Part shown: positions 1 through 9,620 of the stretch, in pieces
How positions within the stretch are numbered: position 1 is the stretch's first letter
Layout of the letters: each line of letters opens with the position of its first letter
Assembly: GCA_031362565.1 (NCBI GenBank)
Contig: JANLSU010000073.1
Location: forward strand, 86,555 to 150,554
Source: a bacterium
GTDB lineage: Bacteria > Krumholzibacteriota > Krumholzibacteriia > G020349025
Length of the DNA stretch: 64,000 nucleotides
Direction of reading: 5' to 3'
The notes under the pieces: generated by a model
Seen by the model: the letters and a program-made list of their open reading frames with translations, nothing else
Databases searched by the model: none
Told to the model about the DNA's origin: nothing
Position numbers and translations under genes: made by a program

Positions 1-1
1 C

Positions 2-241
2 TGGCTCAAGGATTCGCTCGCCTCGGGTCTTTCGCACCTCGAAGACATCGCCGTGCAGGCGGTGGAATCGGTGCCGGGCGAGGAAGCGCCGTCGCTGCTC
101 CGCTACCTGCGCGACAACCTGCATTTTGTGCTCGGCGATCGCGACGTGCAGGGGATCGAGACATTCCAAAAGCTTTGCCAGCGCTACAATCTGATTCCGG
201 CGAGCACGACGCCGCGGATTCTGGCGGCGGCTCACCCCTGA
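2..241 (+). CDS. mqnA: 3' end of menaquinone biosynthesis protein, MqnA-like chorismate dehydratase (partial, begins before the window)
   Basis: Frame is open from the window edge: WLKDSLASGLSHLEDIA...LLRYLRDNLHFVLGDRDVQGIETFQKLC, resembling the MqnA C-terminal pattern 'Y L..N i.y.LG..e..Gl..F'. Confidence 0.6.
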   Translation, partial: WLKDSLASGLSHLEDIAVQAVESVPGEEAPSLLRYLRDNLHFVLGDRDVQGIETFQKLCQRYNLIPASTTPRILAAAHP

Positions 242-313
242 CCGTAAAGACTCGCGGGCCGGCGTTGTCTCCAGGCCGGCGCCTTCGGGTCGGAGCGTGC
301 GTGCCTGGCGCTC

Positions 314-1684
314 TCAAGCGCCGCTCTGCCACGCCGGTCCCAGTGTTTCGCGCTCGTGCCGCAGCACGAAATCCGCTGCCGCCCACAAGATGAGCACTCC
401 CACGAGATGCACTGCGGTGACCGCCACGAGCGGTCCGTGCCGGAGCGCCGGCCAGAGAATCGGCACGTGCGCCGAAGAGAAGAAAAATCCAACGCATGCC
501 GCCAGCCCCACCCGCCGGGCCCAGGGTGCCCCGTTCTCGCCGGCGCGCAGAACCGCCAGCATCAGCACCGGCCACACGAACAGCATCGCTGCCAGGGTCT
601 GAACCCAAGTCAATTTCATCAGCGCCAGCAACGCCAAGACCACGAAGCCGAGTTCGAGCGGCACGAGTGCCGCGGCGCGCCGTCGGGCCGCTAAGCGTCG
701 CAGTGTCGCCCATCCAACCACCGCCGCTGCCATCACCGACAGGACGCGTTTCAATCCCGGCGCATCGAAGGGTGAATTCACCCAGGCACTCGGGACGAGA
801 AAGCGCGACAGCACGGCGTCGAGACTCTGGTTCATGGGCGGGGCGACTTCGTCACGCACCCCAGGCAGGATCGCATCGCGGACGTACGCCGTGATGATTC
901 CCGGCCCCCAATGGACGATCGCCGGCACCATGCTGAGGGCGAGCCCGAGAAGGGCGATTCCCGCCGCCCGGCGCCGCCCGCGCCAGGCAACGAACGGCAA
1001 GAGCACCACCGGCACGAGCTTCGCCCACGTCGCGAGGCAGATCGCGCCGGCGAGCAGCATGTCGCTCGCGAGATTCGATCGGCTCGCTTCCGGTGCAACC
1101 GGGGTTCCGGTCGCGGGCCGTGGCGCCGGCGGGGCCGGCAGCATCGCCAACGCCATTGCCGCCATACAGGCGAACAACAGCGCACCGACCGAACCGGCGC
1201 GAATATCGTTGTGGACGCTCGTCGAGTTGAGCGCCGCGGCAAAGAACGCCGCGAGCAACATCCAGACGGGTCCGGGGTTCACAATCCCGAGCCAGGCAGC
1301 GTTCCGGCGCACGAGCCGCACGGTGAACGCCATCGCCGCCAGCAGCCATGCCGTCGTGAGCAGCATCCACACTTGGCGCGCTTCCTCGTACGACAAGTGT
1401 GCGAGTGGTTGCATGGCGAGCGCGAACGGCGGCGGATACAAGAACGGAAATTGGTCGTACCCGAACCCCAGGGCGCGGCCGCGGGCGGCGATCGCGCCGC
1501 GATCGTACGGCGACCGGTGGTCGCGCGTTTGCGCCGCGGCCAAGTAATACGTCGCAAAGTCGGTGCTCGGCGGCAGGTTGTTGATTTGCACGCCGGTTGT
1601 CGCGATGACGAACTCCGCCGTCGTTACCAGCATGATGCCGATGCAAATGCGCCGCACGAGCCGATCGGAGTTGGCGGCCGTCAT
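314..1684 (-). CDS. Glycosyltransferase family 87 (DUF2029) integral membrane protein
   Basis: Motifs DFATYY, FLYPPPFAL, KLVP and NQSL; many TM segments; ATG at 1684 overlaps the upstream TGA (ATGA). Confidence 0.8.
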   Translation of the reverse strand: MTAANSDRLVRRICIGIMLVTTAEFVIATTGVQINNLPPSTDFATYYLAAAQTRDHRSPYDRGAIAARGRALGFGYDQFPFLYPPPFALAMQPLAHLSYEEARQVWMLLTTAWLLAAMAFTVRLVRRNAAWLGIVNPGPVWMLLAAFFAAALNSTSVHNDIRAGSVGALLFACMAAMALAMLPAPPAPRPATGTPVAPEASRSNLASDMLLAGAICLATWAKLVPVVLLPFVAWRGRRRAAGIALLGLALSMVPAIVHWGPGIITAYVRDAILPGVRDEVAPPMNQSLDAVLSRFLVPSAWVNSPFDAPGLKRVLSVMAAAVVGWATLRRLAARRRAAALVPLELGFVVLALLALMKLTWVQTLAAMLFVWPVLMLAVLRAGENGAPWARRVGLAACVGFFFSSAHVPILWPALRHGPLVAVTAVHLVGVLILWAAADFVLRHERETLGPAWQSGA

Positions 1685-2880
1685 GCGGGCTCCGAGGCGC
1701 GCCCCGTGAGCCGGTCGACGAGGGCGATTTCGGCCGCGACGCGCGCCTCCCATCCCATGAAGTGCGCCCGTGCGAACTCGCGCGCCTGCCGGCCGAGGCG
1801 TAGGCGGAGATCGCGATCACTGGCGACACGCACCATGCATTCGACGAGCGCCGCGGCGTTTTCCTCCGGCGCCAGCAGGCCGGTTTCGCCGTCGCGCACC
1901 ACTTCCGATGTGCCGCCGACGTCGAGGGCCACGACCGGGGTTCCGACGACCATCGCTTCGCAGGTTGGAATCGACATGTTGGTGAGCGTCGAGGTCGAGA
2001 CGAACACATCCGCGCCGGCCATCACGAACGGCACACGATCGTGGGTGACGGTGCCCAGAAATCGCGCCCGGATGCCCAACGCCTGGCAGCGCCGTTCGAG
2101 CCCCGGGCGCGACGGGCCGTCGCCCGCGATCCACAGTTCGACCGGCGCCGTGCTGCGGCGCATGGTTTCCGGCATCGCTTCGACGATGCGGTCGACGCGT
2201 TTCGATTCGACAAGCCGCGACAGCGAGAGAAAAACGACGGTGTCGCGCCCGGTGCCGAACTCGGCACGGGTCGCCTCGCGCCCGAAGTCGCGCTCGGCCC
2301 ATTCCATGTCGATGCCGTTGGGCAAGTACGTGATGCGGCCGGCCGGCACGCCCCAGCGCCGCGCTGCCGCCGCGCCGCGCGTGCCGTCATTCAAGATCAG
2401 AAAATGATCGAGCGGCACCTTGAAAGCGAGGATCCCTTCGGCGGCGTGATACAGGTAGCGCGGCAGCGGCCAATCGAGGCGTACCGCCTGCATGACTCCG
2501 AACAACTTGAGAACCGACGGCACCCGAGCGGCGCGTCCGGCGCGCCACGCCGGCCAGGCGCCATAGTGTGAGAAACCCATGACGAGCGCCGGCCGCAATT
2601 CGCGTCCGAGCCGCACGGCATGGCGTCCCGCGACGGCCCAAAACGCCGGCAACAGCCACAAGCGCTTGAGGGGCGCCGGAAGGAAACCCGGCACGGCCAA
2701 CACATTGGGGAAGGTGTGCACAGTGAGACCGGGTTCCGACACGATGCGATCACCGGTCCGCGGCACCAGCAGATGCAGGTCCCACCCGGCGCGGCGCAAT
2801 CCCGCGAACATGTGGCTCTCGTCCGAGACCCCGGCGCCTGGTGCCATCGACCAGAGGCTTGGCCATGGGCTCACGATCAA
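1681..2880 (-). CDS. Glycosyltransferase family 4 (GT-B); the true start may be ATC at 2904
   Basis: Motifs LPNGID, LSRLVESKRVD, IAGDGP, ADVFVSTS and EAMVVGTPVVALDVGG. Confidence 0.88.
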   Translation of the reverse strand: MIVSPWPSLWSMAPGAGVSDESHMFAGLRRAGWDLHLLVPRTGDRIVSEPGLTVHTFPNVLAVPGFLPAPLKRLWLLPAFWAVAGRHAVRLGRELRPALVMGFSHYGAWPAWRAGRAARVPSVLKLFGVMQAVRLDWPLPRYLYHAAEGILAFKVPLDHFLILNDGTRGAAAARRWGVPAGRITYLPNGIDMEWAERDFGREATRAEFGTGRDTVVFLSLSRLVESKRVDRIVEAMPETMRRSTAPVELWIAGDGPSRPGLERRCQALGIRARFLGTVTHDRVPFVMAGADVFVSTSTLTNMSIPTCEAMVVGTPVVALDVGGTSEVVRDGETGLLAPEENAAALVECMVRVASDRDLRLRLGRQAREFARAHFMGWEARVAAEIALVDRLTGRASEPA

Positions 2881-3047
2881 GATGGAACTTCGCGGCGCGA
2901 CGATGGTTCCTCCTCGTGCAGCGTGCGCGCCGGGCGCGCCTTCCCGTGGGTTGCGGGCTGACCGAAGACGACACTATACTGGCCGGGCTCTCGAACCGCT
3001 GGCCCGGGCTTCTCCAGACTAGAGGAACGCGCCTCGTGACCCATTCG

Positions 3048-4973
3048 ATGCGTGCCCGCCCTCTTGCGATCGCCCTCGTTGTGGCCTGCGCCGGCTTGGG
3101 CTCTGCAGGGGCCTTGCCCCAACGCACCCTCGTTGCCCGGCCGTTGCCGCCCAGCGTGCTGGCTGCAGCCGAGTCCAACGGCGGTCCGCGGCTCACGGCC
3201 GAGTCCGCCCGCGCGCTCGCCGATTCACTCCTGGGTGGCGTGAGCGGCGTGCGCGGATTGAAGAGTCTGCGCCCGGTCCCGGTCGAGGCGCTCGACCGTT
3301 CCCACATGCGGGCGCGCCTGGAAGAGATTGCCCGCCAGGACGGCATCGAGCCGGCGTTGCGTCAGGAAGAAACGCTGCTGCGCTGGCTCGGGCTCATGCC
3401 CGCGGATGCGGATCTCGTGCACCTCTACCATGACTTGCTCGAAGAGCAAGTCGCGGGGTTCTACGACATCGACCGGCGCGAACTCGTGCTCGCCGACTGG
3501 GTTCCCCGCCAGTTGCAAGCCGTCGTGCTCGAGCATGAACTCGTGCACGCGCTGCAGGACCAACATTTCAGTTTGCGGGTGCGCAAGCGCTTGGGGTTCG
3601 ACAATCCCGACGCCGAGGCGGCTTGGCATGCCCTCATCGAGGGTGACGCGACCGCGGTCATGGCCGAGATGGAACTCGCGCCGACCGGCGCACATTTCCC
3701 GGCGCTCTTGGACAGCGGCACGACGGTGACTCTCGCTTCACCGGCGGCGCGCGCGGCAGCCGGCGGTTACGACTCGGAGCGCTTTCGCGCCGCTCCGGCC
3801 TCGGTGCGCCAAAGTTTGGCCTTTCCGTACGTCAGCGGCATGCGTTACGTGGCGGCCCTTTTTCGGACCGGCGGCTGGCCGGCCGTCGATGCGGCCTTCG
3901 TGCATCCGCCGGTTTCGACCGAGCAGATCCTGCATCCCGATCGCGTCGACAACGCCAAGGATTTGCCGGTACGCATCGCGTTGCCCGACCTGACCGGCAT
4001 GCTGGGTGAAGGCTATCGATTGCTCGGCACTGGTTTTCTGGGTGAGCAGGATCTGCGTGTTTACTTGGCCCAGTACGTGGATCATGACCTTGCCTCGGTG
4101 GCGTGCGATGGATGGGCCGGCTGCGCTTGGGCATTGTATGGCGGTGATGCGTCGATCAAACCAGTCTTCGTGCTGTCGTCGACCTGGGATTCCGACGACG
4201 ACGCGGTCGAGTTCTTTGGCGGAGTCATTGGCACGCTGGAAGCGCGCTACCCGCAGCAAACCGGCTACACGGACGCCTCGACGCAAGATCAAATCCTCTG
4301 GAACGAGGACAAGGACGGCAAGTTCTTGAACGTCCTGCGGGTGCGCGAAAAACAAGTCCTGTGCGTCGAAATGCTGCCGAGCACCAAATTGCAGCGGGTA
4401 CTGGGCAAACTCGACACGGCGTCGCAGTTCGACGACCCGGCGCCCGAGGTGCGGGCGCGCGAGAAGGGGAACCTGCCCTGGAACCGTCTCGTTCGCGCTG
4501 TCGGCGCCAGCGCGATGACCCTGCAAATGGATTTGCCGGACGGCTGGACGCTGCTGCCGGCGGCGCCGGACTCGTCGATCATTCTCGCCGCAACGCGCGG
4601 CACCGCGCGCTTGCAATTGCAGATCGACCGCCATGCATCACGCGAAATCGGTCTCGACGGCCACGCCCATGCGGTCGCGAGCGCGCTGCAGAAACACGGC
4701 CGGGGAATCTACGTGCAGACGGACGTCACCTACCCGCGCAAGGACGCGCGGATGTATCAACACGTCTTCACGCAATACGAAGGCGAGGAACAATTCGCCT
4801 ACTACATCGCGGTCCTCGATCTCACCGAGGGCATGGGGACTTTGACGATTCGCGGCTCGGCGGAGAAGGATCCGGGCCTCGAACCCCTCTTCTACTCGCT
4901 GCTCGAAACGGTGCGCGTGGTACCGGCCGTGGCTTCGGACACGGTGCTGCCCATTCCGCCGCACGGCAACTGA
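3048..4973 (+). CDS. Exported HExxH putative zinc metallopeptidase with extra C-terminal domains
   Basis: Signal-peptide-like MRARPLAIALVVACAGLGSAGA; VAGFYD, LEHELVHALQDQHF, ALIEGDAT, FPY..G and PPVSTEQILHP. An alternative GTG start lies at 3036. Confidence 0.7.
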   Translation: MRARPLAIALVVACAGLGSAGALPQRTLVARPLPPSVLAAAESNGGPRLTAESARALADSLLGGVSGVRGLKSLRPVPVEALDRSHMRARLEEIARQDGIEPALRQEETLLRWLGLMPADADLVHLYHDLLEEQVAGFYDIDRRELVLADWVPRQLQAVVLEHELVHALQDQHFSLRVRKRLGFDNPDAEAAWHALIEGDATAVMAEMELAPTGAHFPALLDSGTTVTLASPAARAAAGGYDSERFRAAPASVRQSLAFPYVSGMRYVAALFRTGGWPAVDAAFVHPPVSTEQILHPDRVDNAKDLPVRIALPDLTGMLGEGYRLLGTGFLGEQDLRVYLAQYVDHDLASVACDGWAGCAWALYGGDASIKPVFVLSSTWDSDDDAVEFFGGVIGTLEARYPQQTGYTDASTQDQILWNEDKDGKFLNVLRVREKQVLCVEMLPSTKLQRVLGKLDTASQFDDPAPEVRAREKGNLPWNRLVRAVGASAMTLQMDLPDGWTLLPAAPDSSIILAATRGTARLQLQIDRHASREIGLDGHAHAVASALQKHGRGIYVQTDVTYPRKDARMYQHVFTQYEGEEQFAYYIAVLDLTEGMGTLTIRGSAEKDPGLEPLFYSLLETVRVVPAVASDTVLPIPPHGN

Positions 4974-6904
4974 GCCCCTGGCGCCGCGGTGGCTTCGTAG
5001 CCCGGCCAGGCGCGCAACCGTTTCAGGTTCGGTTCCGTCTTCTGCTGCAGTTTGTTCATCCGGTGCAGGATGCGATCCAGCAGCCGCATCGCGTCGATCA
5101 CATGCGGACCTTTGTTGAGCATGACGCATTCGGCGCGCACCGCGGAAGCCGCGTCGGTGATTTCGGCCCGCGACGGCAAGCCGGTCTTTGTGAGCGACTC
5201 GAGAACCTGGGTGGCCCACACCACCGGAACGTGAGCCGCGGCGCAGATCCACAGGATCTGTTCCTGGATTTCGGCCAGTGATTCCCAACCACACTGCACC
5301 GCCAGGTCGCCGCGCGCGATCATGACACCGACCGCACGATCCTGCATGGCCGCCAGGAGCAAGTCGGGCAGGCGCTCGAAGGCCAGGCGGGTTTCGATCT
5401 TGAGCAGGATACCGACGTGCTCGGCGTGCAAGGCTCCTAGGCGCGATTGCAACTCCAGAACGTCGGCCGGGCTCTGCACCCATGACAACCCGGCGATGTC
5501 GGCATGCCCGGCGACGAACGCCAAGTGCTCGACGTCCTGGGGGGTGAGTGCCGGCAGTTGCAGGTCGCTGTCGGGGAGATTGATGCCGCGATCCGCATGA
5601 ATTTTGCTTCCGTCCGGATGGGCGTGATGAATGTCGATTTCGACGTCACCGTCGGCGACCTGGCGCACGGTGCCACCGATCTTGCCGTCATCGATCCAAA
5701 CCGGCTGGCCGGCGCGGACGCGTTCGAGGGCTGCCGGGAGGGTGCACGACACGATCGCCGGCGCAATGACGCGCCCGCTCGCATCGACCTGTGCCGGTGC
5801 TGCAACGACGGGCTGCGATGTCAAGACGAGCCGGTCGCCCGGGCGCACGACGATGGCGCCCGGGCGCCGTTGAATCCCGTAAGCGTGCGCCCACTCACCG
5901 CCGCCGGAACGCCGGCGCCGCGAACTCGTGCGCTGGAATCGCGTTTCCGGTGTGACGTACGCCGTCCGCGAACAGGAGCCCCAGCAACTGCGTCCATGAG
6001 ATTCCGTGATGTCGATCGACCGCCGGTCGCCGCGCGCATCCTCGAATTCCACGCTGTCACCCGGCCGTAAGGATTCGAGCCAATAGGCCGGCAATCGCAG
6101 TGTCGCGTCGGGTTGACGCGGTGCGGGTTCGGGGTGCGGCCAGGGTGTCAGCCACAAACGTGCCGGCGAGAGCACCCGGCCCAGTTCATCGCGCCGCGGC
6201 TTCCAACGCAGGACGGGCGCCGTTTCGCTCACCGGACCGGTGCGTATTTTGGGACCGGCAAGATCCATGAGGATTCGGCAGGCGCGTTGCGTGTCGCGCT
6301 GCGCGCTGCGTAGGTTGGCAATCATGCCTGTCCACGCCGCCGGGCCGTCGTGCGCACAATTGATGCGCATGCAGTCCATGCCGCTGGCGAGCAATGCCTG
6401 AACGAAGCCGGCATCCTCCGCCGCCTGTGACGGCATGGTCACCATGATGCGGCCCTTGCGTCCGCGCGGCGCCGGCCCCAGGAGAGCCTCGGTGCGCGCC
6501 GCCAACAGCGCCGGTCCAGCTCCGAACGGCACGACGCGCGACGCGGTAGGAAAGGGCGGCGGACTGCGGTCCGCGAGGCAGCACAAGACGCGGAGCACTG
6601 CCTGCAGGTTGCCCATCACGTGGGACTCTGCACGGCCGAGCGACGAAACGCCGAGTGACTGCAGGCTCGCCTGCAGCGGGCGAATATCGCCGCTGCGAAG
6701 TGCAAGGTAGTGGATAAGATTGCGCGCGCTCGGCACGTGCGCCGTGGAAACCCGCGCCAGCGAGGGCGCGTGCTCGTCCTCGACTCGCACCAAGCGTTCG
6801 GACAATGCGGCAAGCTCCTCGATGAGAACATCGAGGCTGCGGGGCGGGAACGGGCCGGGCGACACATGGTCGTCCTGCATGCCGGGCGCGGAAATCATGT
6901 CCAT
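4892..6904 (-). CDS. pyk: Pyruvate kinase, long variant (N-terminal extension, enlarged B domain, no C-terminal allosteric domain); start uncertain (6904/6898/6880)
   Basis: Motifs RINCAH, DLAGPKIRTG, IDDGKI, GINLPD, KIET, MIARGDL, ATQVLES, PSRAEITD and ECVMLNKG. Confidence 0.9.
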   Translation of the reverse strand: MDMISAPGMQDDHVSPGPFPPRSLDVLIEELAALSERLVRVEDEHAPSLARVSTAHVPSARNLIHYLALRSGDIRPLQASLQSLGVSSLGRAESHVMGNLQAVLRVLCCLADRSPPPFPTASRVVPFGAGPALLAARTEALLGPAPRGRKGRIMVTMPSQAAEDAGFVQALLASGMDCMRINCAHDGPAAWTGMIANLRSAQRDTQRACRILMDLAGPKIRTGPVSETAPVLRWKPRRDELGRVLSPARLWLTPWPHPEPAPRQPDATLRLPAYWLESLRPGDSVEFEDARGDRRSIDITESHGRSCWGSCSRTAYVTPETRFQRTSSRRRRSGGGEWAHAYGIQRRPGAIVVRPGDRLVLTSQPVVAAPAQVDASGRVIAPAIVSCTLPAALERVRAGQPVWIDDGKIGGTVRQVADGDVEIDIHHAHPDGSKIHADRGINLPDSDLQLPALTPQDVEHLAFVAGHADIAGLSWVQSPADVLELQSRLGALHAEHVGILLKIETRLAFERLPDLLLAAMQDRAVGVMIARGDLAVQCGWESLAEIQEQILWICAAAHVPVVWATQVLESLTKTGLPSRAEITDAASAVRAECVMLNKGPHVIDAMRLLDRILHRMNKLQQKTEPNLKRLRAWPGYEATAAPGAQLPCGGMGSTVSEATAGTTRTVSSSE

Positions 6905-7032
6905 CACTTCATGCGGGGAACCGTCGCGAACGCAAGAAGCGAACGAATGTTCTTGAAGCGCAGCGCCACATTTGCACCGCCACCGCGCCCGGCGCAACGG
7001 TTTCTTGGCGAGGGAACGCAATCTCAGCGGGA

Positions 7033-7059
7033 TTCACATGTTCTTCACATTGCTCACAT
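7033..7059. promoter_or_regulatory. Candidate Pho-box-like direct repeats between ppx and pyk
   Basis: TTCACAT at 7033 and 7044 (11-bp period) plus CTCACAT at 7053, in an AT-rich spacer next to the phoBR locus. Confidence 0.45.
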
Positions 7060-7113
7060 GGGATGGCCATGCAATCGGGATGTATGCTTCATCCTCGAAG
7101 ATGGTGGGCAGAA

Positions 7114-8694
7114 CTAGTGTGTGAGGATGTGAAGTTGGCGGTGAAACGCGCGCTGGAATCGCTCGGCCAAAACCCGTGGCCGCCAGCCCCCGAGAACTTC
7201 AGAGTCGAGGCTGAGCGCCGCATCGGAGAGGCGGAAGCGGACCGCCAAGGGCAATGCCGGGACGCATCGCCGTTCGATCTCATCGGCCAAACGCAGCAAG
7301 ATCGCCAGCTTGCGGACCAGTTGGCCGTCCTGTTCGAGAAGCGCGGCGCGGATCGTTTTCAGGTGGTTGGCCTCGTTGTCGGCTTGCATCAAGGTGGCGA
7401 ACACCAGCGCGACGGTGCGCGGTGTGAAGCCTTGCAAGTCGGCCGCCGCCAGAATCATGGCGGCATTCCGGAAGCGGTCGAAGTAGTCGACGCTCCGTCC
7501 GATGTCGACCGACGTGCATACGAAGCGCAGCGTTTCGCGGACCTCTGGGTCGGATTCGGGTGCGAGGATATCCAGCAACCGTTCGGCGATCCGGGTCCGG
7601 CGGCGGGCCACCTCGTGGTTGTAAGTCGTGAAGCGCCGCATGAGCGCGGCAATGGACGCGGCGCGGACTTCGCGAGCTGGCGGCGGACCCTTCCCGAGGG
7701 TCGCAAGAGCGATTCCCTCGCGCAAACCCTGGCCGGAGGCCTGCAAGTGCTTGGCGCCGACGAAATCCATCGCGGCTTGAATCGTCACGAAGCCGCCGAC
7801 GATCGAATCGGCGCGGTCGCGGCTCAATCCGGGCAGTGCACCGCGCGCCGCCTGGCCGAGCGCCGCGGTGCGCCGCGCGAGCGCCCGCACTTCGGCGCGC
7901 GTCAGGACAAAGCCGTGAATATGCGGCAGCGGATCGCGGCGCAGGCGCGCTTGCATCTTGGCCAGATTGCGAACGGTGCCGCCGGTGCCGATAAGCGTCT
8001 CGTCGTCCAGAAGCTTGGGGATGCCCGCCTTGCGCATGGTCTTCTCGACGTGGGCCCGCAAATGGCGCAATTCACCAGCGCTAGGTGGGTTCGAACGCAG
8101 GAAGCGGTCCGAGACGCGCAAGGCGCCGAGCGGCAGGCTCCACGTCTCGTGCAGTTTGCGGGCCCGAAACCGCGTCACTTCGAGGCTGCCGCCGCCCAAG
8201 TCGAAGAGCAGTCCGTTGTCCGCCGGCAGGCCATGAACGGCACCCAGGAAGGCGAACGTTGCTTCTCGCATGCCGTCGATGACCACGACCCGCAGCCCCA
8301 ATTCGAGGCGGGCGCGTTCCACCAGTTCGTCGCCGTTCTTTGCTTCGCGCGCCGCCGAGGTGGCGACCGTCAGGATACTTGTCGCACCGGCGCCGAGGGC
8401 CACGGCGCGAAAATCGCGCAACGCCAACAAGGTGCGCTCCATGGCCATCGGGCTGATGCGCCCCGAATGCGCGATCTCCCGCGCCAACCGCAACGGGGCG
8501 CGCGAATCCTCCAAAACGTCGAGGTGTCCGCTCGGGTGAATCTGCATGACCGTGACGCGGCCGGAGTTCGACCCGATATCGATGACGGCGAGCGGCGGCG
8601 GCAGGCGTGGCGCTGCTCGCCGCGCGGTCGGGCGCCGTGGCGCCGCGCGCCGCGCGGGCTTGGAGGTGCGAGGACGCCGGGATCGGGACGACAC
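7114..8694 (-). CDS. ppx: Ppx/GppA exopolyphosphatase
   Basis: Motifs IDIGSNS, ATSAAREA, FDLGGGSLE, GTGGT, RAD.I and GLREG; GTG at 8694 has an AAGGAG SD upstream. Confidence 0.9.
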   Translation of the reverse strand: MSSRSRRPRTSKPARRAAPRRPTARRAAPRLPPPLAVIDIGSNSGRVTVMQIHPSGHLDVLEDSRAPLRLAREIAHSGRISPMAMERTLLALRDFRAVALGAGATSILTVATSAAREAKNGDELVERARLELGLRVVVIDGMREATFAFLGAVHGLPADNGLLFDLGGGSLEVTRFRARKLHETWSLPLGALRVSDRFLRSNPPSAGELRHLRAHVEKTMRKAGIPKLLDDETLIGTGGTVRNLAKMQARLRRDPLPHIHGFVLTRAEVRALARRTAALGQAARGALPGLSRDRADSIVGGFVTIQAAMDFVGAKHLQASGQGLREGIALATLGKGPPPAREVRAASIAALMRRFTTYNHEVARRRTRIAERLLDILAPESDPEVRETLRFVCTSVDIGRSVDYFDRFRNAAMILAAADLQGFTPRTVALVFATLMQADNEANHLKTIRAALLEQDGQLVRKLAILLRLADEIERRCVPALPLAVRFRLSDAALSLDSEVLGGWRPRVLAERFQRAFHRQLHILTH

Positions 8695-8879
8695 GCTGCG
8701 CGAACTCCTTGCACGATGAACGGCGGCGCTCTGGTCGCACGCCGCGCGCAGACTAGCACGCCGCGGCACGGAGGGCGAGCGGAGTTCGCATACGCTTGTC
8801 ACATTGGCGGTCGCTGGCTATCCTGCAACCCTGTCACATCGAGCCGCGAGTCTCGGTGCGCCACATCCGGAGGCCCCTT

Positions 8880-9566
8880 CTGAAGCGCAAGGTACTCATT
8901 GTCGACGACGAATCCGACATCGTGGAATTCGTCCAGTACAATCTCCGCAAGGAGATGTACGAAACGCTGTCCGCCGCGGACGGCCCCAAAGCACTGCAGA
9001 TGGCGCGGCAGCACCATCCGGACTTGGTGCTGCTCGACCTCATGATTCCCGGGATCGACGGCCTCGAGGTGTGCCGGGCCCTGAAGGCCGGCCGTGACAC
9101 GGCCCACATCCCGATCATCATGCTGACCGCCAAAGGCGACGAAACGGATGTCGTCACCGGGCTCGAGATCGGCGCCGACGACTATGTGGCGAAGCCGTTC
9201 AGCATGCGGCTCCTGCTGGCACGCATGAAGGCGGTCCTGCGCCGGAGCGGGCGCTCCGAAGAGCCGGTGTCGGGAACGATGGTCAAGATGCATGGCCTGG
9301 CCATCGACAATGACCGTCACGAGGTCACCTTTGGGCCGCACCGGGTCCCGCTTACCTTGACCGAGTACAAGCTGCTACGTTTTTTGGCCCAGCACCCGGG
9401 ACGGGTCTTTACACGGACGCAGATCTTGAACAACATCCAGGACGAGCACGTGATCGTGATCGACCGGGCCATCGACGTGCACGTCGCGGCGCTGCGCAAG
9501 AAGCTGGGCGACGCGGGGAAGTTCGTGGAAACGGTGCGCGGCGTCGGATACCGATTCAAAGACTGA
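8880..9566 (+). CDS. phoB: OmpR/PhoB-family response regulator (start probably CTG 8880; alternative GTG 8856)
   Basis: Receiver motifs IVDDE, LLDLMIPG and GADDYVAKPF; winged-helix motifs RAIDVHV and ETVRGVGYRF; directly upstream of phoR and pst. Confidence 0.92.
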   Translation: MKRKVLIVDDESDIVEFVQYNLRKEMYETLSAADGPKALQMARQHHPDLVLLDLMIPGIDGLEVCRALKAGRDTAHIPIIMLTAKGDETDVVTGLEIGADDYVAKPFSMRLLLARMKAVLRRSGRSEEPVSGTMVKMHGLAIDNDRHEVTFGPHRVPLTLTEYKLLRFLAQHPGRVFTRTQILNNIQDEHVIVIDRAIDVHVAALRKKLGDAGKFVETVRGVGYRFKD

Positions 9567-9620
9567 ACGGTCGAGGGCGCGCTCGGGCGCGCCGGCAGCG
9601 CCACGCGGAGGGTTCTCCAC

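Noticed and set aside
7063..8883. Long antisense ORFs (e.g. 7063-8883+, 911-2407+, 13245-14843-, 27257-29023+, 51452-53020+)
   Set aside because: They are shadows of well-supported genes on the opposite strand, expected at high GC, and have no recognisable motifs.
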